IMG/VR virus record: IMGVR_UViG_3300014205_000194
Span: 1-64,000 of that record
From: a virus
Taxonomy: Duplodnaviria > Caudoviricetes
Strand: one strand, 5' to 3'
Length of the DNA stretch: 64,000 bases
The translations under genes and the position numbers were made by a program. This document shows positions 1 to 9,906 of the stretch, piece after piece. Position 1 is the stretch's first letter. Each line of letters opens with the position of its first letter. The notes beneath the pieces are model-generated. The model was not told the origin of the DNA and searched no databases. It saw nothing but the letters and a program-made list of their open reading frames with translations.

Positions 1-432
1 GCCCAAGCCAATGCTGCAATTTCCGCTGCTAATAGTGCGGCGAATACTGTCGCGGTGTTTGCTAATGGTACGTTGGTATTGGCTCGATCGAATGTAAACT
101 TTAATAATACGAGCACTATCAATGTATTCGCGAGTGCTAATGGGTCGATTCAAACGAATGTTTCGTTCAGCATAAATACAAGTGCTGTTATTGCTGCACC
201 TGGTGGGTCCGATACACAGATTCAATATAACAACAGCGGCTCGTTGGGGGCGAACACTAATTTCACCTATAACGCAACATCCAGTTTATTCAGCATAGAT
301 GGCACAACAAGAGTTGCAAATACAAATAAATTGGTATTTGGTGGGTCTCAAGACAGCACAGAATTAACGGCGAATTCTAGTATTGTGTGGAATGCATCTT
401 CGCTGTCATTAGATATAACTATTTTTGGATAA
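1..432 (+). CDS. Tail fibre-like virion protein, C-terminal part (5' end outside window)
   Basis: Frame 1 is open from base 1. Asn/Ser/Thr-rich with ANGTLVLA..NVNFNNT repeats and a PGGSDTQIQYNNSG fibre motif. Confidence 0.7.
   Translation, partial: AQANAAISAANSAANTVAVFANGTLVLARSNVNFNNTSTINVFASANGSIQTNVSFSINTSAVIAAPGGSDTQIQYNNSGSLGANTNFTYNATSSLFSIDGTTRVANTNKLVFGGSQDSTELTANSSIVWNASSLSLDITIFG
43..68 (+). repeat. 26-bp exact direct repeat aatactgtcgcggtgtttgctaatgg (copy 1; copy 2 at 5011-5036)
   Basis: Identical sequence in two fibre-like genes, encoding NTVAVFANG. Confidence 0.85.
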
Positions 433-435
433 CAC

Positions 436-2307
436 ATGACGAAAAATGTAATTTATAAGATATGGAAACTCGGTGCAGCCTGGGACGGAAAAAAATATTC
501 TCATGCTGGAAATATACCACCTAACATCACCGCGTTTAGTATTTCTGCATCAGCATTTAATACAACCACGGTTCGTTACACCATTTCCGGTGGTTCAGGT
601 GCAACGAGCTGGACAGTTTACTACCGCACACCGGCAGGCTCAGGTGCATACACCTCACAAAGTGTCACTCCAGGTATCACCACGTTTGATGTGACGGTGA
701 GTGCTGGTGGTAATGCTGATCTGTATTTGGTTGCGGCTAATTCTGGGGGCAGTGTTACCAGCAATACAGTGACGGGGAGTGCTCAATCGTCTAGCGATGT
801 TTATGCATTCCCGTTGAAGGCAGGCAATGCAATTGCATCTGCAAACCTCAATATGCGTATGGTTCACCCACGCCCTGATGCTGATGGTGGTATCAATAGC
901 TGGGAACGTCATAAGCTCCAACCAGAGGGTATTCCATTACGGATTCCAGTTGGCGTCCTCGGAGGTATCCCCCCATTCCGGTATTCAGTTACATCGACTA
1001 TGTCCGGGTTGACGATTGGCGCTGATATGCCGAATGACTGGTGGGAAAACGGCCTGCAAAATTACGGCGTGTTGATGTGTGATGCGCCGACGGCTGGCAC
1101 GTACACGACGACTGTCACCGGTACGGATCAGGCCGGTACGCAGGTATCGAGTACGTTCACGACGGTCGTTATCGATAAAAATGACACCACCAAATTCCGC
1201 TGGTTCGATTCGGTCAACGGCAATAATGCCAATAGCGGCAGCTATGCATCGCCCTACAAAGACGACCTCACCAAAGCCTACGGGGCGACCTCTGGTGCTA
1301 CGACCTTTCAGGGTCATGTGATTTTCAAGGACACGGCAACGTATTCGCTGGTCGGGCACTCTGACACTACTCCGGGCATTCGCTTAAACAGCGGCCGTAT
1401 GCCGATTGTCTACTACACGATGCCGGTTTCAGGATCGGTCGGACAGCGCGCTAAGTTCGATTTCACCGGCGGCAAGTTCATCGGGATTACTGGGTTCAGC
1501 TGCCTGGTACAGGGCATGTACATCGGTGAGATTGATCACACCGGATCAACGACCGGCGTTACGAATATGCACAACTATTACATCAACGATGCGCAGGATC
1601 GGATTACGTTTTTCAATATCGACAACACGAGCATCGGCGTCGGCTCTGCGGGTACGGATAACGCCACTTTCTGTTTCTTCAGCAACGGCGCAGATTCAAC
1701 GGACGCATCCTACAACCACAACGTATTTTTCCGGCGAGTGCGCGAAACCGGGCGTCCGAGTTCCAGCAATAGCTACGGGATGACATCGGCTTACGGTCTC
1801 AAATACGCACTGTTTGAAGACTGTCACGAAATTAGTTCGTCTTCCGCCGAGGATTTTTACCTCAAAGATTCCGACCAGCAAGTAACGCTACGATACTGCT
1901 CATCCGATAACAATATGGCCGTTGGTGCGCAGAATCAGAATGGTGGCACCAGCGGGGAGATTGAATACGTGCATTGTCGTGTAAATGATGCGCTGGGCGG
2001 AACGGCAATTGGCCTTGCTACAGCTGGAGCATCCGGAACGCTTGGCAATATCTACGTCTCGCGCTGCACAACCTACGGGAAGGTTGACGTTAATAGCTTC
2101 TCGACTGCGACCGGAACCTATGCGGTTTCAGGGACGGTAATTTATACGTCGCTCTCCCCGGCGTTTAACAACGGTGGCAAATCGTCCACCAATACCGGCA
2201 ATGAGCTGCAAGGCAACACGGCTTACATCAACACCACGACGCTCAAGTTAACCGATACCTACGCGGCCTATCGTGGCACTCGCGGCGCGGAGATTTTTGA
2301 CGTATGA
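436..2307 (+). CDS. Putative virion accessory/adhesin protein (FN3/Ig-like N-terminus, probable beta-helix C-terminus)
   Basis: 623 aa. Ig-like segment VLGGIPPFRYSV...AGTYTTTVTGTD, D..NGNNANSGS...PYK motif typical of beta-helix proteins, GC-richer codon usage. Confidence 0.5.
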   Translation: MTKNVIYKIWKLGAAWDGKKYSHAGNIPPNITAFSISASAFNTTTVRYTISGGSGATSWTVYYRTPAGSGAYTSQSVTPGITTFDVTVSAGGNADLYLVAANSGGSVTSNTVTGSAQSSSDVYAFPLKAGNAIASANLNMRMVHPRPDADGGINSWERHKLQPEGIPLRIPVGVLGGIPPFRYSVTSTMSGLTIGADMPNDWWENGLQNYGVLMCDAPTAGTYTTTVTGTDQAGTQVSSTFTTVVIDKNDTTKFRWFDSVNGNNANSGSYASPYKDDLTKAYGATSGATTFQGHVIFKDTATYSLVGHSDTTPGIRLNSGRMPIVYYTMPVSGSVGQRAKFDFTGGKFIGITGFSCLVQGMYIGEIDHTGSTTGVTNMHNYYINDAQDRITFFNIDNTSIGVGSAGTDNATFCFFSNGADSTDASYNHNVFFRRVRETGRPSSSNSYGMTSAYGLKYALFEDCHEISSSSAEDFYLKDSDQQVTLRYCSSDNNMAVGAQNQNGGTSGEIEYVHCRVNDALGGTAIGLATAGASGTLGNIYVSRCTTYGKVDVNSFSTATGTYAVSGTVIYTSLSPAFNNGGKSSTNTGNELQGNTAYINTTTLKLTDTYAAYRGTRGAEIFDV

Positions 2308-3896
2308 GCTTAACTAACAAACGCTCTGCCGCTGGTGCAGCGGGTACATTCACAATTTCACTGCCTATTGCAGATGGCGCCGGGAATAGCCGAATTGTCG
2401 TTGGCTGGATGACTGTAAAGTCCGCTGCAGGTAACGGAACAGGGATGACGTATAACGGTGTAGCGGGTACAGCACTGGGGGCAATCAACAATGCAACAGG
2501 ACGTATCTTTGTCTACTACTGGGACGAAACAATAGGGCTGCCTGCTGCAGCGGGAACCTACAATTTAGTTCTTGTCGGTGCAACGGGCATCGGCATCATT
2601 GTGCAAGGCTATTCAGTCAGCAATGCACGCCAAGGTGCACCGACTAACCTGCAAACAGCAACCAGCGATGGTGGGTCTACTGGTACCAGTGTGTCCTTCA
2701 CAGCCTCTGCCCCAGTGGGTAGTGATGTGATGGCAATCCTCAATGCGGCATACACTCCATTGACTCCAGGTGGTACTCAAACTGTTATTTTGGCAGCAAC
2801 CAGTGACAACGGTGCCTATGCTGCCTCCGGCTATGCAAGTGACAGTCTAACTGCATCATATAGTTGGGGCGCCACGGTAGATTACACAGCATTGTCGTTT
2901 GCCATCGAGCCAGCAGCTGCAGCAGGCCCAACTCTCTCAGCCGGCACGCCCGCAAACGGCAGCACTGTAGGCTCCGCTGTTTCGCTGGGCTGCACTACGT
3001 CAGACGGCTCTGCTGGCACGAATACGCTGTATGGCGTGCTCGCAACCAGCAACATTTTCACGGGCGTCACAGGAGCACAGGTTAAAGCTGGGCAAAACGC
3101 AGCCGGAAATTCGACTGGTGTTACTGCAACCAACGCCGCAATCACAACAACCACGCCAAGCATTTCACAAGGGACGCTGGCATCTGGGACGTACTACGCG
3201 GCGATTGTTCAGGAAAAATCCGGCAATCTGTCGAATGTTATTAACCTGACATTCACGGTTGATGCAGACCTACCTACGTTCAGCGCAGGGCCACTTGTAT
3301 CAGCTATTGGATCAACCACGGCCAACATAACAGTCACTTCTAGTGAAACTGGAACTGTTGCTGTAATCGCAAACACGTCGAATCCAGGTAATACTGCGTT
3401 CGACGCAGCCGCAGTGGCGATTACTGCCAATGTGTCATCTAATGTGTCGTTGTCTGGTCTGACTCCAATGCAATTAACCAACTTCTGGGTTCAGATAAAA
3501 GATGCGGCTGGTAATAGAGCAACGGATAATGTATCAGGAGTAACTCTCCACGCATCGTTTACTAATATAATAGTCACCACACCCAATTCATCGAATGTAA
3601 ATATTATCGAGACAGATCCGCCAATTTCCAATACGGATATCATTTCTTATGGTAATGTACAAGGCACAGGAAATGTGGTTGTTTATTCCGATTGTTCGTT
3701 CAATAGTGAGGCGAACGTAACGTCATTCGATGTGTTTGTAGCCAACTCGTCGATGGGGTATGGAGCGAAAGGTACTCAATATGTTCCGTTGGTCTATGGA
3801 ACCAAAGAGGTTAGCGGAAATACGAACTGGAAAGGGCAGATGACCGTTGGTTCTGATGGAAGAAAATACTCACATCCAGATAAAGCACCGCACTAA
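2304..3896 (+). CDS. Putative virion structural protein, Ala/Thr/Ser-rich, multi Ig-like domain
   Basis: 530 aa, ATGA overlap with the upstream gene. C-terminal ~180 aa resemble the N-terminus of 3910-5364. Confidence 0.55.
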   Translation: MSLTNKRSAAGAAGTFTISLPIADGAGNSRIVVGWMTVKSAAGNGTGMTYNGVAGTALGAINNATGRIFVYYWDETIGLPAAAGTYNLVLVGATGIGIIVQGYSVSNARQGAPTNLQTATSDGGSTGTSVSFTASAPVGSDVMAILNAAYTPLTPGGTQTVILAATSDNGAYAASGYASDSLTASYSWGATVDYTALSFAIEPAAAAGPTLSAGTPANGSTVGSAVSLGCTTSDGSAGTNTLYGVLATSNIFTGVTGAQVKAGQNAAGNSTGVTATNAAITTTTPSISQGTLASGTYYAAIVQEKSGNLSNVINLTFTVDADLPTFSAGPLVSAIGSTTANITVTSSETGTVAVIANTSNPGNTAFDAAAVAITANVSSNVSLSGLTPMQLTNFWVQIKDAAGNRATDNVSGVTLHASFTNIIVTTPNSSNVNIIETDPPISNTDIISYGNVQGTGNVVVYSDCSFNSEANVTSFDVFVANSSMGYGAKGTQYVPLVYGTKEVSGNTNWKGQMTVGSDGRKYSHPDKAPH

Positions 3897-3909
3897 GGAT
3901 CAATAATTA

Positions 3910-5364
3910 ATGACTATTAATTTTAATACATTACCGTCAATATTATTGATCGGATCTAATACCGCTAATGTCACTGCGAATGCAAACAATAGCGGTAATG
4001 CTTATCTGGTAATTGCGGCGGCTAACTCGGCCCAACCGAATGATGCTACGTTCGACGCGAGCACATCTAACACAACAATTACGGCCAATACTGTATTCGT
4101 GGTTAATACTGCGTCTGCATCGCCAGCAACGCTATCTAGATTCTGGTTGCAAGTAAAAGATAATTCTGGTGCGAGAAATACAGATTCTGTTCTTGGCCTT
4201 ACGTCGCACACTGGTTTCCAGCAAATAACGTTGGGCACTCCGAATACAAACTCGGCTTTTAGGATTGTAACATCACCGGATGTTGTTGCTAACGATATTA
4301 TCGACTGGGGTAACGTCATCGGGTCCGGCAACGTCTACATGGCCAACGATGCTACATTCAGTGCCGATGTTGGTGTAACGGCATTTGATGTCTATGTCGG
4401 TACGCTGACTGATGGATGGGGTAATGTAGCAACACAGAACGTGGCTAGTGGTTATACGTTCAAAATGTATGCTAATGGAACACAAACTGTATATACATCA
4501 GTTTCTAATATTATTCTCACTGGTGCGGCAAATGTATCCGGTACACTGAACGTGGGTGGATATGATCTTCCGGCTAAATTGAATGCAGCATATAATGCAG
4601 CAAATTCGGCGTCTGTCAAGACATCGGCAAATGGTGGCTCTCTAATTACCTCCGGCAACATCAACTTCGTAAACACCTCCACCGTATCGGTCTCTGTCAC
4701 ATCTGGTATCAATGGAAATGCTAACGTTGCATTTACATCGACTGCAGGTGGCTCCGGCACAGTAACTTCCGTGAATACTGGATTAGGATTGACCGGCGGT
4801 CCAGTAACGACAACAGGAACTATCTCGGCTAATCTGGCGACAACATCCGTTCAGGGCATTTCCAAGTTAGTCGATTCGATTAGCTCCACAGATACTGCCA
4901 ACGCAGCCACTGCCAATGCCGTTAAGTGGGGATTCGAGTCAGCGAACGCTAATGCATTGTTAGCGTATGCAGCAGCCAATAGCGCATATATCAAGGCCAA
5001 TACTTCGGCTAATACTGTCGCGGTGTTTGCTAATGGAACTCTGACTCTAGCAAGTGCAAACGTAAACTTCAATAATACTGGAACAATTAATGTTTCTTCC
5101 ACGGCAAATGGAACCGGACAGGTCAACGTCGCATTCTCTGTTAATACTGCCGCAATGTCTGGGGGCGGTGCATATCAGGCAGATGTCTTGGCGAACGGAA
5201 CGCTCGTTCTTGCCAACGCCAACCTAAACTTTATAAATACATCTACAATGAACGTCAATATATCTGCTAACGGGTCTTCGCAGGCTAATATTGGATTCGA
5301 CTATAATCCTTCGGGTCAATTGGGCATTGCGATTGCTCTGAAGATGCAACGCTTCTTAATGTGA
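3910..5364 (+). CDS. Tail fibre-like protein
   Basis: GSGTVTSVNTGLGLTGGPVTTTGTIS and ATTSVQGISKLVDSISS...AATANAVK phage fibre repeats, plus ANGTL.LA repeats. Confidence 0.7.
   Translation: MTINFNTLPSILLIGSNTANVTANANNSGNAYLVIAAANSAQPNDATFDASTSNTTITANTVFVVNTASASPATLSRFWLQVKDNSGARNTDSVLGLTSHTGFQQITLGTPNTNSAFRIVTSPDVVANDIIDWGNVIGSGNVYMANDATFSADVGVTAFDVYVGTLTDGWGNVATQNVASGYTFKMYANGTQTVYTSVSNIILTGAANVSGTLNVGGYDLPAKLNAAYNAANSASVKTSANGGSLITSGNINFVNTSTVSVSVTSGINGNANVAFTSTAGGSGTVTSVNTGLGLTGGPVTTTGTISANLATTSVQGISKLVDSISSTDTANAATANAVKWGFESANANALLAYAAANSAYIKANTSANTVAVFANGTLTLASANVNFNNTGTINVSSTANGTGQVNVAFSVNTAAMSGGGAYQADVLANGTLVLANANLNFINTSTMNVNISANGSSQANIGFDYNPSGQLGIAIALKMQRFLM
5011..5036 (+). repeat. 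26-bp exact direct repeat (copy 2)
   Basis: Identical to 43-68. Confidence 0.85.
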
Positions 5365-5373
5365 GGTAATTCC

Positions 5374-5787
5374 ATGCCAGGTAATATCAATCCCATTTTC
5401 ACCAAAGTTGGTGATATCCAATGGTCTAATGTTAATATATTGACTGCTAATACTACTAGAGATGGCACTGGCGCGAATGTAATCTATACTGCCGACGCAA
5501 CTAATGGCGGATATGTGGATTCTTTGCGTATTAAAGCCAGAGGAACAAATACTGCGACTGTATTGAGAATTTTTATCAATAATGGTGGTGCTCTATCTAC
5601 CAATACCAATAATATTCTTTTCGGAGAAGTCGGTATTGCTGGGACGACGGCATCGGAAACTGCGCCAACAGTTGACGTGGACTATCCGATGGGGATCGCC
5701 ATGCCGCCAGGATATACCATTGCAGTGGCGATTGGAACATCAGTTGCGGCTGGTCTTTCTATCACTGTGATTGGAGGCAAGTATTAA
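5374..5787 (+). CDS. Small fibre-associated structural protein
   Basis: 137 aa, MPGNINPIF... ending ITVIGGKY. This type usually lies upstream of glycine-rich fibre genes. gagg RBS. Confidence 0.55.
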   Translation: MPGNINPIFTKVGDIQWSNVNILTANTTRDGTGANVIYTADATNGGYVDSLRIKARGTNTATVLRIFINNGGALSTNTNNILFGEVGIAGTTASETAPTVDVDYPMGIAMPPGYTIAVAIGTSVAAGLSITVIGGKY

Positions 5788-6674
5788 TGTTAGATACTTT
5801 CCACCTAGGAAGCGGTAAGTTCGACGTTCAGAAATATTACCCTTCTTACAACAACCAGATGTTTATATGGAAGAAGCCGCGTGGCGCTACGATGACGTTT
5901 ATGTTGTTGGTTGGCGCTGGTGGCGGCGGTGGTGGTGGAAATACTAGAGCGGCTGGTGTCGGCGGCGGCGGTGGTGGCGGTGGTGGTTCTGGTAGTATTC
6001 AAAAACTACTGATACCGACCATGTTCCTCCCAGACAACCTGTATGTTATTTTGAACCTAGGTGGAACTGGCGGCGCTGCTAATACGGCTGGTAATGCTGG
6101 CGGTGCTATGTCTATTATATCTACACAAACAACTGCTATTACTGGTGCAAACTATCTTGCTTCCACTTCCGGCGGCGGGGCAGCTAACGGCGGGAGCGCG
6201 GGTGCAGCTGGTGGTGGTAATGGTGGTTCCGGTACAGGCGCAACAACCGTTTCTATCAACGCGTCTGGCATTTTTGGAATACCACATTTTCAAGGTGGAA
6301 CAAGCGGAGGTAATGGTGGAGCGGTAGCTGGATCTTCTGTGGCCGCTATTGGCAACGCTCCGATTTGTGGCGGCGCGGGTGGTGGTGGAGTAGATAACGC
6401 GAATGTGGCATACAACGGTGGATCTATTACTGCTGTCGGCGCGTCTCTCGCGATTCCAGTAACAGCAAACACAGACGGTTCTGTTGGCAGAATACTGTAT
6501 GATTCTCCGTTGATCTACACAGGCGGCTGCGGTGGTTCCGGTAATTCGTTGGGCACAGGATATAGCGGTGGGAACGGAGCGCCTGGTTGTGGCGGCGGAG
6601 GCGGCGGCGCTGGGTTAACCGGCGGAACTGGCGGTGATGGTGGCTGCGCATTTTGCTACATAATTTCTTGGTAA
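5787..6674 (+). CDS. Glycine-rich (polyglycine) putative adhesin
   Basis: WKKPRGA...LVGAGGGGGGG and many GGGGGG runs, ending in the C-terminal IISW. Confidence 0.65.
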   Translation: MLDTFHLGSGKFDVQKYYPSYNNQMFIWKKPRGATMTFMLLVGAGGGGGGGNTRAAGVGGGGGGGGGSGSIQKLLIPTMFLPDNLYVILNLGGTGGAANTAGNAGGAMSIISTQTTAITGANYLASTSGGGAANGGSAGAAGGGNGGSGTGATTVSINASGIFGIPHFQGGTSGGNGGAVAGSSVAAIGNAPICGGAGGGGVDNANVAYNGGSITAVGASLAIPVTANTDGSVGRILYDSPLIYTGGCGGSGNSLGTGYSGGNGAPGCGGGGGGAGLTGGTGGDGGCAFCYIISW

Positions 6675-6710
6675 TATATACAAATACGTTAATTAATTGA
6701 GGTAACAAAC

Positions 6711-7055
6711 ATGAAATATCTATTCGCAATTCTCGCTTTTCTTTCTATCTCTGTTCAGGCGGCTACTCTTTCTTGGACTCCGGCTACTATCAGAGAAAAT
6801 GGCGATGTTCTAGATCCTTCAGAAATCGCAGCTACCAAGCTCTATTCGAAGACAACTTCTACTGGTACGTTGACTCTGGTGACTACTGTACCGGCGCCGG
6901 CGACCACATTTACAGTACCTGGCTGCAAACCGTTGTTCTACGTTGCAACGACAGTAGATACTGCTAATCTAGAATCTACGGTTCCTTCTAACAATGCACA
7001 AGTAATTCCTGTTAGCTGCAACCCAAAGGCTCCGTCGGCTCTCAAGGTGAATTGA
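6711..7055 (+). CDS. Secreted FN3-like protein with signal peptide
   Basis: MKYLFAILAFLSISVQA signal (VQA cleavage), ATLSWTP...FYVATTVDT..LES..SN, two Cys, gagg RBS. Confidence 0.6.
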   Translation: MKYLFAILAFLSISVQAATLSWTPATIRENGDVLDPSEIAATKLYSKTTSTGTLTLVTTVPAPATTFTVPGCKPLFYVATTVDTANLESTVPSNNAQVIPVSCNPKAPSALKVN

Positions 7056-7117
7056 GACCGAGCGTTAAGAATGACAAGGAAAAGAAGGCTACAACCAAGA
7101 GACACGGAGAATAATAA

Positions 7118-7864
7118 ATGAGTAGCCCCGCCAGCAGATCGCAATTGAAGGATTATTGCTTAAGAAGACTGGGATTCCCTGTCATTCAATTGAATTTGGA
7201 TGATGATCAGGTAGAAGATCGCATCGATGATGCATTGCATAAATTTCAAGAGTATCATTTCGATGGTACTCGCGATGATTTCTTCAAACATCAGATTACA
7301 CAGACAGATATAGATAATGGCTATGTCGCCATGGACGATACTGTGATTGGTGTTGCTCGTGTATTTCCATTACCAGCACAGGCAACATCTATTTCTGGTC
7401 AGTTCAACATGTTTGACATCACCTATCAGATTCGTTTGAATGAGCTATATGATTTTACATCGGCAGACTATGTGTATTTTACACTAGCACAACAACATCT
7501 ACGCACATTGGAAATGCTGTTCATCGGCGAGCAACCATTTCGATTCAATCGTTATGATGGAAAATTGTATATTGATATGAACTGGAAGACGAAGGTCACA
7601 ACCAACAATTTCATTCTGGCAGAAGTTCGTCGGGTGATTGATGGCACTGCATTCTGGGGTAGCACCTGGCTGAAGAACTATACGACCGCTTGCATTAAAG
7701 AACAATGGGGTAGCAACATAAAAAAATTCGGCGGTGTCCAATTACCGGGTGGAATTATCCTAAATGGGCAACAGATATATGATGAGGCCGTAGAAGAGAA
7801 AGAGAAGCTGAATATCGAACTGAGGGATACCTACGAGCAGCCGGTTGGCTTGCTTATTGGCTGA
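7118..7864 (+). CDS. gp13: Neck protein gp13
   Basis: LKDYCLRRLGFPVIQ...KEQWGSNIKKFGGVQLPGGIILNG, and T4 synteny. Confidence 0.92.
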   Translation: MSSPASRSQLKDYCLRRLGFPVIQLNLDDDQVEDRIDDALHKFQEYHFDGTRDDFFKHQITQTDIDNGYVAMDDTVIGVARVFPLPAQATSISGQFNMFDITYQIRLNELYDFTSADYVYFTLAQQHLRTLEMLFIGEQPFRFNRYDGKLYIDMNWKTKVTTNNFILAEVRRVIDGTAFWGSTWLKNYTTACIKEQWGSNIKKFGGVQLPGGIILNGQQIYDEAVEEKEKLNIELRDTYEQPVGLLIG

Positions 7865-7869
7865 ATCTT

Positions 7870-8730
7870 ATGGGAAAAAATCATTATTTTAATAATTTCT
7901 CGGCAAGAAACGAACAAAATCTGTTCGAGAACCTTGTCGGTGAATTGATCGGCATGTTCGGCATAACGTCATATTACATGCCAAGAACATCCGAATCCAC
8001 GTTCGACGACATTCTCGGCGACGACCCGACCAAACAGTATTCCGAATCGTATGCTGTAGATACATATATCAAAACAGTAGACGATTTCGAAGGCGGAGAC
8101 TTGTTCACCAAGTTCGGAATCGAAGTACGCAAGCAGGTTCGCCTGATTGTTGCGAACAGGGAGTTCAAAAAGAACGTACCATCTACCTATAGCAGACCCA
8201 GAGAGGGTGATCTGCTTTGGTTACCTAACTTCAAGGCCCTTTTCGAAATTAAATTCGTCAACGAAGAAACATTCTTCTATTCGTTCGGACAAGATCATAA
8301 CTATGGATATGAATTGATATGCGAAAAGTTCCGTTACAATAACGAGAAAATGGAAGTGGGTACAACTGAGATAGAAGATAAGATAGATGAGATAATCACA
8401 TCCTATGGATTTGTGATGGCCAATACCGGACTGTCATCTTTCATCAGAGGCGAAACTGTATATCAAGGAACCGATCTTCCGTCCGCCTATGTTACTGGAA
8501 CTGTCGTGGCATGGGACGTTAATACCAAGTACCTGGAGATAAAGAATATCAAAGGTGCGTTCGCAGCCAACAGTCATATCAAAGGTACTCTGTCTAATGC
8601 TGATTGGAATCTAGTTTCGCTAGATATGCAGGACGATATTAATTCTTTAATAGATAATAATTCTCTACTTGATTCAGAGGCCAATACTATTCTTAATTTC
8701 ACGGAAACTGATCCGTTTGGTGGCTTATAA
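7870..8730 (+). CDS. gp14: Neck protein gp14
   Basis: EQNLFENL...KFGIEVR...RPREGDLL...ETDPFG, and synteny. Confidence 0.9.
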   Translation: MGKNHYFNNFSARNEQNLFENLVGELIGMFGITSYYMPRTSESTFDDILGDDPTKQYSESYAVDTYIKTVDDFEGGDLFTKFGIEVRKQVRLIVANREFKKNVPSTYSRPREGDLLWLPNFKALFEIKFVNEETFFYSFGQDHNYGYELICEKFRYNNEKMEVGTTEIEDKIDEIITSYGFVMANTGLSSFIRGETVYQGTDLPSAYVTGTVVAWDVNTKYLEIKNIKGAFAANSHIKGTLSNADWNLVSLDMQDDINSLIDNNSLLDSEANTILNFTETDPFGGL

Positions 8731-9491
8731 TGTCGCTGACTAATCACTTCTATCATAGAACAATTCGGCGAAATGTGATTGCATTTGGCAATCTATTCAA
8801 CGGTATTGTTTTGATGAAATATGATTACAATACATTCACTGAGTTGGGTAGACTTACAGTTCCCCTTCAATATTCGGAGAATGAACACTTTATACAGCGT
8901 CTACAATCTCAACCAGACTTACCGGCCCCTATACAAATTAAATTACCGATGATGTCTTTCGAGATGACTTCGTTGGTTTACGACAAAGCAAGAAAGCTGT
9001 CGATGTATAATGAAGAATGTATTACGGCAAACGGAACTGCGACGTCTGTCCACGTCGGCGCACCATATAATATTGGATTTTCTCTCTATATCTACGTCCG
9101 CAACATTGAAGATGGTGCGCAAATTGTAGAGCAAATTCTACCCTACTTCAATCCAGACTATACGGTTACGATGAATTTCGTAGACGACGCGAGCGTCGTC
9201 AGAAACGTCCCCGTTATTCTAGACAATGTTTCTCAGGACACCGGCGAAGACGGACCGAGCGATACCGTTAGGCTGGTTACGTGGCGGTTGGATTTCACAA
9301 TGAAGACCTATTTCTTTGGTCCAGTGGATACAAACAGAAAACTCATCAAACACGTCACTGCCAATACTATTACTGGTAATACGACGACCGGTAAAACCTC
9401 GGTCAGTATAACAGTCGATCCAGACCCTTTAGATGCGTCGCCGGAAAGCGACTATGGATATACAGAAGTAGTTACCTATTATGACGACTGA
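8730..9491 (+). CDS. gp15: Tail terminator/sheath stabiliser gp15
   Basis: FYHRTIRRNVIAFGNLFN...LPMMSFEM...QIVEQILPYFNP. Confidence 0.92.
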   Translation: MSLTNHFYHRTIRRNVIAFGNLFNGIVLMKYDYNTFTELGRLTVPLQYSENEHFIQRLQSQPDLPAPIQIKLPMMSFEMTSLVYDKARKLSMYNEECITANGTATSVHVGAPYNIGFSLYIYVRNIEDGAQIVEQILPYFNPDYTVTMNFVDDASVVRNVPVILDNVSQDTGEDGPSDTVRLVTWRLDFTMKTYFFGPVDTNRKLIKHVTANTITGNTTTGKTSVSITVDPDPLDASPESDYGYTEVVTYYDD

Positions 9492-9906
9492 GATTGATCA
9501 AAAACTATCAGAGATGTTTGAACTATCTGCGCCAACAGAACGCCGGTCGCCTGTTGTAATTAATCAGGAGAGCGACGAGGAATCGCAGATACAAACCGAT
9601 ATAGATCACGTCAGGTCTAATTTGTATGGATTAATCGGTAACGGATCGGAAGCAATTGAAAAACTAATGCACCTAGCGTCGGAATCACAACACCCTAGAA
9701 CATATGAAGTTCTGTCTAATTTTATCAAAAACATGAGCGATGTTGGCGATAAGTTAGTAGATTTGCATAAGAAGAAGAAAGAGTTGATGGGGGCAGAACC
9801 AGCTCCAACGAGTGCTAATATCACGGTCGAAAAGGCGGTATTTGTTGGTTCTACTTCTGATCTGTTGAAGAAGATTAAAGAAGACCCAAATGTCATTGAT
9901 CAATAA
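9481..9906 (+). CDS. gp16: Terminase small subunit gp16
   Basis: RSNLYGLI...SQHPRTYEV...VFVGSTSDL. Confidence 0.9.
   Translation: MTTEIDQKLSEMFELSAPTERRSPVVINQESDEESQIQTDIDHVRSNLYGLIGNGSEAIEKLMHLASESQHPRTYEVLSNFIKNMSDVGDKLVDLHKKKKELMGAEPAPTSANITVEKAVFVGSTSDLLKKIKEDPNVIDQ

Noticed and set aside
43-5036. Diversity-generating retroelement TR/VR pair
   Set aside because: The repeat is short and exact, with no adenine-specific mismatches and no reverse transcriptase in the window.
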